Below are positions 61,001-64,000 of a DNA stretch of 64,000 nt, in pieces. How positions within the stretch are numbered: the first letter of the stretch is position 1; every line of letters begins with the position of its first letter. The translations under genes were made by a program, and so were the position numbers. The notes beneath the pieces are model-generated. The model saw nothing but the letters and a program-made list of their open reading frames with translations, did not search any database and had not been told where the DNA came from. The stretch is from assembly GCA_027923505.1 (NCBI GenBank), contig BROI01000005.1:1054001-1118000 (forward strand), given 5' to 3'. The stretch comes from Mayamaea pseudoterrestris. Taxonomy: Eukaryota.

Positions 61001-61540
61001 GAAGTGACGTTGCGAGATACATTGCACAGCAGCCTCCGCCGAATCAATAATACTGGGAGGTGCATCCATGTTAGCAAAGGGAAGTCGCACAATTGCTCGG
61101 GTGACTTCGTTAGGTTCAAAGACAAGAGACTTCGAACACAGGTGGAGGCGGCCATGGATTCCTGACATGTTAAAAAATGAAAATGATTCTTTTTGTTTTG
61201 TGTCGGAAGTTGTCGGGTTTGGATGCAGATCACTTAAGTGGGACGTCGTTGATTGTGTTTGCTGCGCCCACTGAATGTTTGGATCCTTACTGGCTGCACG
61301 AGCGGTACTTTGCTCATTTAGACTACTATTCATAAGCACCGCACTAGAAAACCCAAGTACTGCCCAGTCTTGAAGTATGCACTCGCCATGCTCCAGAAGA
61401 AGTTGGGAGAATCGATTGGTAGCCGCTTGCCGAGGTGGCGGTTCGAGTGCTTGCAGAATTTCCTTCGTAAACGAAAACGCTTTGTTAGCGTTTCCTTCTC
61501 TCGCAGAGGAGATCCCAAGCCACTCACTGACTCTCGTCAT
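58091..61540 (-). CDS. BEACH-domain protein (FAN/NSMAF-like: GRAM/PH-BEACH-WD40)
   Basis: RFSQLLLEHGE, GRLHLCSKSLVFEP, WQKG..NYQYL..LN..GRTFHDL..YPVFPW, YGTHYS, DVKELIPEFY, LPHWIDLIFG and SGSWDAAVKVW motifs. Confidence 0.92.
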   Translation of the reverse strand: MTRVSEWLGISSAREGNANKAFSFTKEILQALEPPPRQAATNRFSQLLLEHGECILQDWAVLGFSSAVLMNSSLNEQSTARAASKDPNIQWAQQTQSTTSHLSDLHPNPTTSDTKQKESFSFFNMSGIHGRLHLCSKSLVFEPNEVTRAIVRLPFANMDAPPSIIDSAEAAVQCISQRHFIMKENNVIAPTALVKHAGAFKFVFQHSSPDTFCTMVEEVVYDAQRDDTTIMVARGSEAFFYAENLVDMRESVALTNIKASIKTPLLSQPVVLALTAERLYLQPTQGSTLVEQKTNPPPANNWLLRDVIATARRYNGLRDSAIQIYFQSGSSILIALERRHDREQVLLALPNVVCFTDRIFVERAFAEWQKGTLTNYQYLLALNSAAGRTFHDLGRYPVFPWVIQDYGCSTKKLNLQCAGTYRDLSKPVGALNQERLDYFKTRMKNMHDMGGKFLYGTHYSAPAYVLYYLVRSMPEHMLCLQNGKFDAADRMFFDVENTFNCVLSNHADVKELIPEFYGNNIDFLINARGLHLGATQKGQRVDDVRLPTWAKSAKDFLKKNRLALESDLCTTKLPHWIDLIFGSNSRGDAAAKADNLFHPISYFGPTELAAMKSEEERHSAELQACEFGCCPDQLFVNTHPQRKDDTSELNFISSDIGRASSKEDDKGREAWELLDVRGIGNAFIDEQASHNNMEAETKYMQGATISPAATISQISQGIGEQSLLPGAVMSVAPGGSSQVSSTFDQLSNTTANEWNMHMIERKHMHNDSVSGCVLELNNSVGSILVTSSHDGGLKVHQITVSDESEDDGERMVLPPAFGRFSYSAILNRGKVASRIIIQSKLSEFRSHTSRDPLASLALANDGGGGMIAFAGGHDDVVLAYGVTSACAVATVYSHRDAVTGLDLICRTPLDLESALWRKDSTHILISGSWDAAVKVWSVNVTKSEAVSIDREPLAELFDAQSSVVCVSAAGVAYSNGCIVIAAGCVDSSFCAWFVHGDGMQVAIHNETTKLHGSGPCSVVRWITVNGALHLLVAFSTGKVASYSMAGERLKRDSAVSVGVAVSSLAYCSDQRVVLLGCSDGGLRLIGLRDGAHFDSRPTLWTKVNNKTAPGITSMSVVNVGVADPRKCLCCTGGADGSIALFELQRATMS

Positions 61541-61814
61541 ATTATATTCTGGTAGTTTACTCTTTTACTTAATCAATGCCTTCCATTCGCAGCATGTTGC
61601 CATCGTTGAAATCGCTGCTTTTTCGACGCGCTGCCGTTTCCACTTTCATGTCGTACCGTGTTCACTGCCTCGAATGGTAAAGTGCTTCTTCCTCTTCTAC
61701 CGGTAGCATCTACTAACGACACCAGAAACCGTGCAGAGTCTATACAAGTTTGAAGCAGTAAGTCGATAATAAAAGATCACTGAGTGGGCCTGCACACACA
61801 TTCAGTTTTACATA

Positions 61815-62417
61815 CTACAGCTCAAACAGGGGAGCATTATAAAACGATCGCCCACTCTCTGCAGCAGCCTTGTGCGTCTGATAACTCAGCTCTCCATGAT
61901 CCAGTCGTAGAACCTTCTTCCATCGCTCTCCTATAGCAATGCAAGCCTCCTTGTCGGTACCACTCGTCCAAAGAGCGATCCGATGCTGGCTCTTCCGCAG
62001 CGAAACAACTGCTCCGTTGATGTCACTCCCAGTTTCGTCCATTGTTTCTCCAATGATCGCCAATAAAGTGAATAGCCAGTACTCGTCAATCTTGTCAGAG
62101 CGATTATCTTTTTTAGGTAGCGTCAAGACAAACTTTCCACCGTCAATGTTGCTAGCGTCCTCCCAAGCGGGGCAAATGTCGCGCCGGAAGACACTGTAAT
62201 TGGAGCCAGGCCCAATGTCTGACGCAGGTTTTACATTGTTATAAACTCTCCAAAAGCTCTCAATGGAATCAAACGTCGCTAGATCCTTCAGCGTGTCCTT
62301 CCAATCGTCCGACTCAGTTGGAGCAAGCTTTGGATTGTCGATCCAGAGAGTCCATGCTGAATGCAAGCGCGCATTTGTATCAATTTCTTGTTGATGGTCA
62401 ATTACACCGCTGGTCAT
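61815..62417 (-). CDS. eIF4E: Translation initiation factor eIF4E-family protein
   Basis: LHSAWTLW, ESFWRVYN, PAWED..N..GGK, LLAIIGE and GAVVSLRK..RIALW motifs. Confidence 0.93.
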   Translation of the reverse strand: MTSGVIDHQQEIDTNARLHSAWTLWIDNPKLAPTESDDWKDTLKDLATFDSIESFWRVYNNVKPASDIGPGSNYSVFRRDICPAWEDASNIDGGKFVLTLPKKDNRSDKIDEYWLFTLLAIIGETMDETGSDINGAVVSLRKSQHRIALWTSGTDKEACIAIGERWKKVLRLDHGELSYQTHKAAAESGRSFYNAPLFEL

Positions 62418-62710
62418 GCTAGAAGGTGTACAATCAATGAAGAGGAAAGCTGTGCTTCTTTAGTGAGCTCGAGGAGAAGTGGAAATGGCAGTCGTTGTGG
62501 CGCGCGCAAAGAGCGGCGACGGATGATGTCGCTTCGCTTCTCATTGTGTGCAGATAACCTGATCGTGGTCGCGGCGGCCCTTCATCATTCGTTCTTTTGC
62601 TCGGCTCATGCAATTCATGCAAACGACACTGCATGCCTCCTACTCCTCCAGGGCAGTAGCTATCGGCCATCCCACCCACTCTCGTGACAAAGAGATATAG
62701 CTATAAAAGT

Positions 62711-63856
62711 ATGAGTGATTTTGAAATGAAGCAGCGCCATAAGCAGGTTAACAGTAAATCCAGTTTAGCAACACATCAAGCCTCGATTTGCAAGAATGGA
62801 CGCTTGTCGTCCACCAAAAACTCGACCAAGTTTGCAAAGCCCAAGCATCTCAAGCGCAAGCTTGAGACAATGTCTCCCGATGATCCTCGTCATAATGAGG
62901 TGCTTGGGCAGTTGCAAGACTTCGAGGAAAAGAAGCAATTGTTTTCTGGAAAAGGAATGACGAAAACGCCGAGGCTCCCACGGCGACCTACCCAAGACGA
63001 GGAGCAACTCTCGCACACACCGAAAGCAGCAACTCCACCTACCGGTATTGGAAAGGACGCTAGTAACTATGCCCACAAGGACGACAAACCGACCCGACAG
63101 CGTGGTCAGCGGCGTCGTGGACGAAAGGATACAACGTCTGTGTCTTTGGTCGTCGCGGTCGGACAGGCCGAGATGCCTATTGTATCGGAAGCATCGGAAG
63201 CGTCCCTACCTATGGCTGCCATGAAACCACCTTTGACAGAATTAGATAAATCGTCAATTGTGCGAGAACCGAAGAGGAGGTCCATTCAGAGACTTGGCGA
63301 CCCACGATATTGCGTCGGCCGCAAACCAGTGTCAGACTTTGAAATCGGTTCAAAACACTCCGGCAAGGTCGTTTACGTCAAACCTTTTGGTGTGTTTTTC
63401 GACATTGGCTGTCACAGCGATGCCTTTTGTCATGTCAGTCGACTGTCGGATGATTTTGTGGAGAATCCAGAAACAGTGTTTCGTCCAGGCGATGACGTGG
63501 AGAATATTCGCATTGTAGAGACAGATCGCCAAAAGAAGAGAATTACGGTGAGTTTACAGTCCGACATGAAAATTAAAGCCGAAAAGCTGTCGCTAGAGTC
63601 AAGGTTGGAACGTATGAAGAAGCGGAAACCAAACGGACGATCCAATGTAGCGATGTTAAAAGGGTCAAAGTCGTCTACTGGTACGGTTGCGCACGAGAAG
63701 GAGGCCAATTCGGTAGAATTGGCTAAACTTGCTGATTCTGAACCATTATTTGGGGGAAGTATCAATGCTGATACTTATTCCTCGGCGAGGGAGTTGAAAC
63801 GTCGCCAGAAACTTCAACGCCGTGCGGCGCGTCGGGAACAACATGTATTGCAATAA
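62711..63856 (+). CDS. S1 RNA-binding domain protein
   Basis: GKVVYVKPFGVFFDIG..DAFCHVSRLSDDFVE..GD.V..RITVSL; basic low-complexity flanks. Confidence 0.85.
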   Translation: MSDFEMKQRHKQVNSKSSLATHQASICKNGRLSSTKNSTKFAKPKHLKRKLETMSPDDPRHNEVLGQLQDFEEKKQLFSGKGMTKTPRLPRRPTQDEEQLSHTPKAATPPTGIGKDASNYAHKDDKPTRQRGQRRRGRKDTTSVSLVVAVGQAEMPIVSEASEASLPMAAMKPPLTELDKSSIVREPKRRSIQRLGDPRYCVGRKPVSDFEIGSKHSGKVVYVKPFGVFFDIGCHSDAFCHVSRLSDDFVENPETVFRPGDDVENIRIVETDRQKKRITVSLQSDMKIKAEKLSLESRLERMKKRKPNGRSNVAMLKGSKSSTGTVAHEKEANSVELAKLADSEPLFGGSINADTYSSARELKRRQKLQRRAARREQHVLQ

Positions 63857-64000
63857 ACATATGACTTTTAAATTGTAACTACACAAAGATGCGCGTCTCA
63901 TTTGCTGACCGGAGTGCTAGCAATACGTAGTTACTTTATACCAGACGGGCTATTGACGCGACTATCAGCTCGTACAACGACACTCGACTACCATTCGTTT

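Overview
Gene-dense eukaryotic window, most likely from a diatom. This is inferred from the ASAFAP-type bipartite plastid presequences, short GT-AG introns, a CoDi-like copia element and a GH161 phosphorylase. It holds about 23 protein-coding loci: DUF179/YqgE, APE2-like, HMA protein, plastid TPI, GT60, sulfotransferase-like, TAF12, H2A.Z, GH161, Acl4-like, CHI-fold, Rpn1, ABHD17-like, degenerate PGI, propeller-StrG fusion, CNDP2-like, POT/NPF, YqgF, BEACH, eIF4E, an S1 protein and two hypotheticals. There is also one decayed ABHD17-like pseudogene. A full-length Ty1/copia LTR retrotransposon (23653-29465, 269-bp LTRs, GTCCA TSD) and an ~8.5-kb composite satellite (169-bp and 176-bp monomers, with a 3441-bp higher-order duplication) sit among the genes. 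Most notable: (1) the copia element has no tRNA-type PBS; the 10 nt abutting the 5' LTR are instead perfectly complementary to a segment inside its own LTR (Tf1-like self-priming geometry), and its 3' PPT octamer recurs three times after integrase; (2) the satellite is hairpin-rich, CpG-depleted, shows compensatory changes and has alpha-satellite-like higher-order structure; (3) the palindrome CTACCGGTAG recurs between tandem genes; (4) a peptide transporter lies next to a dipeptidase that carries a 5-bp frameshift. All family calls come from motif recognition; no database search was run.
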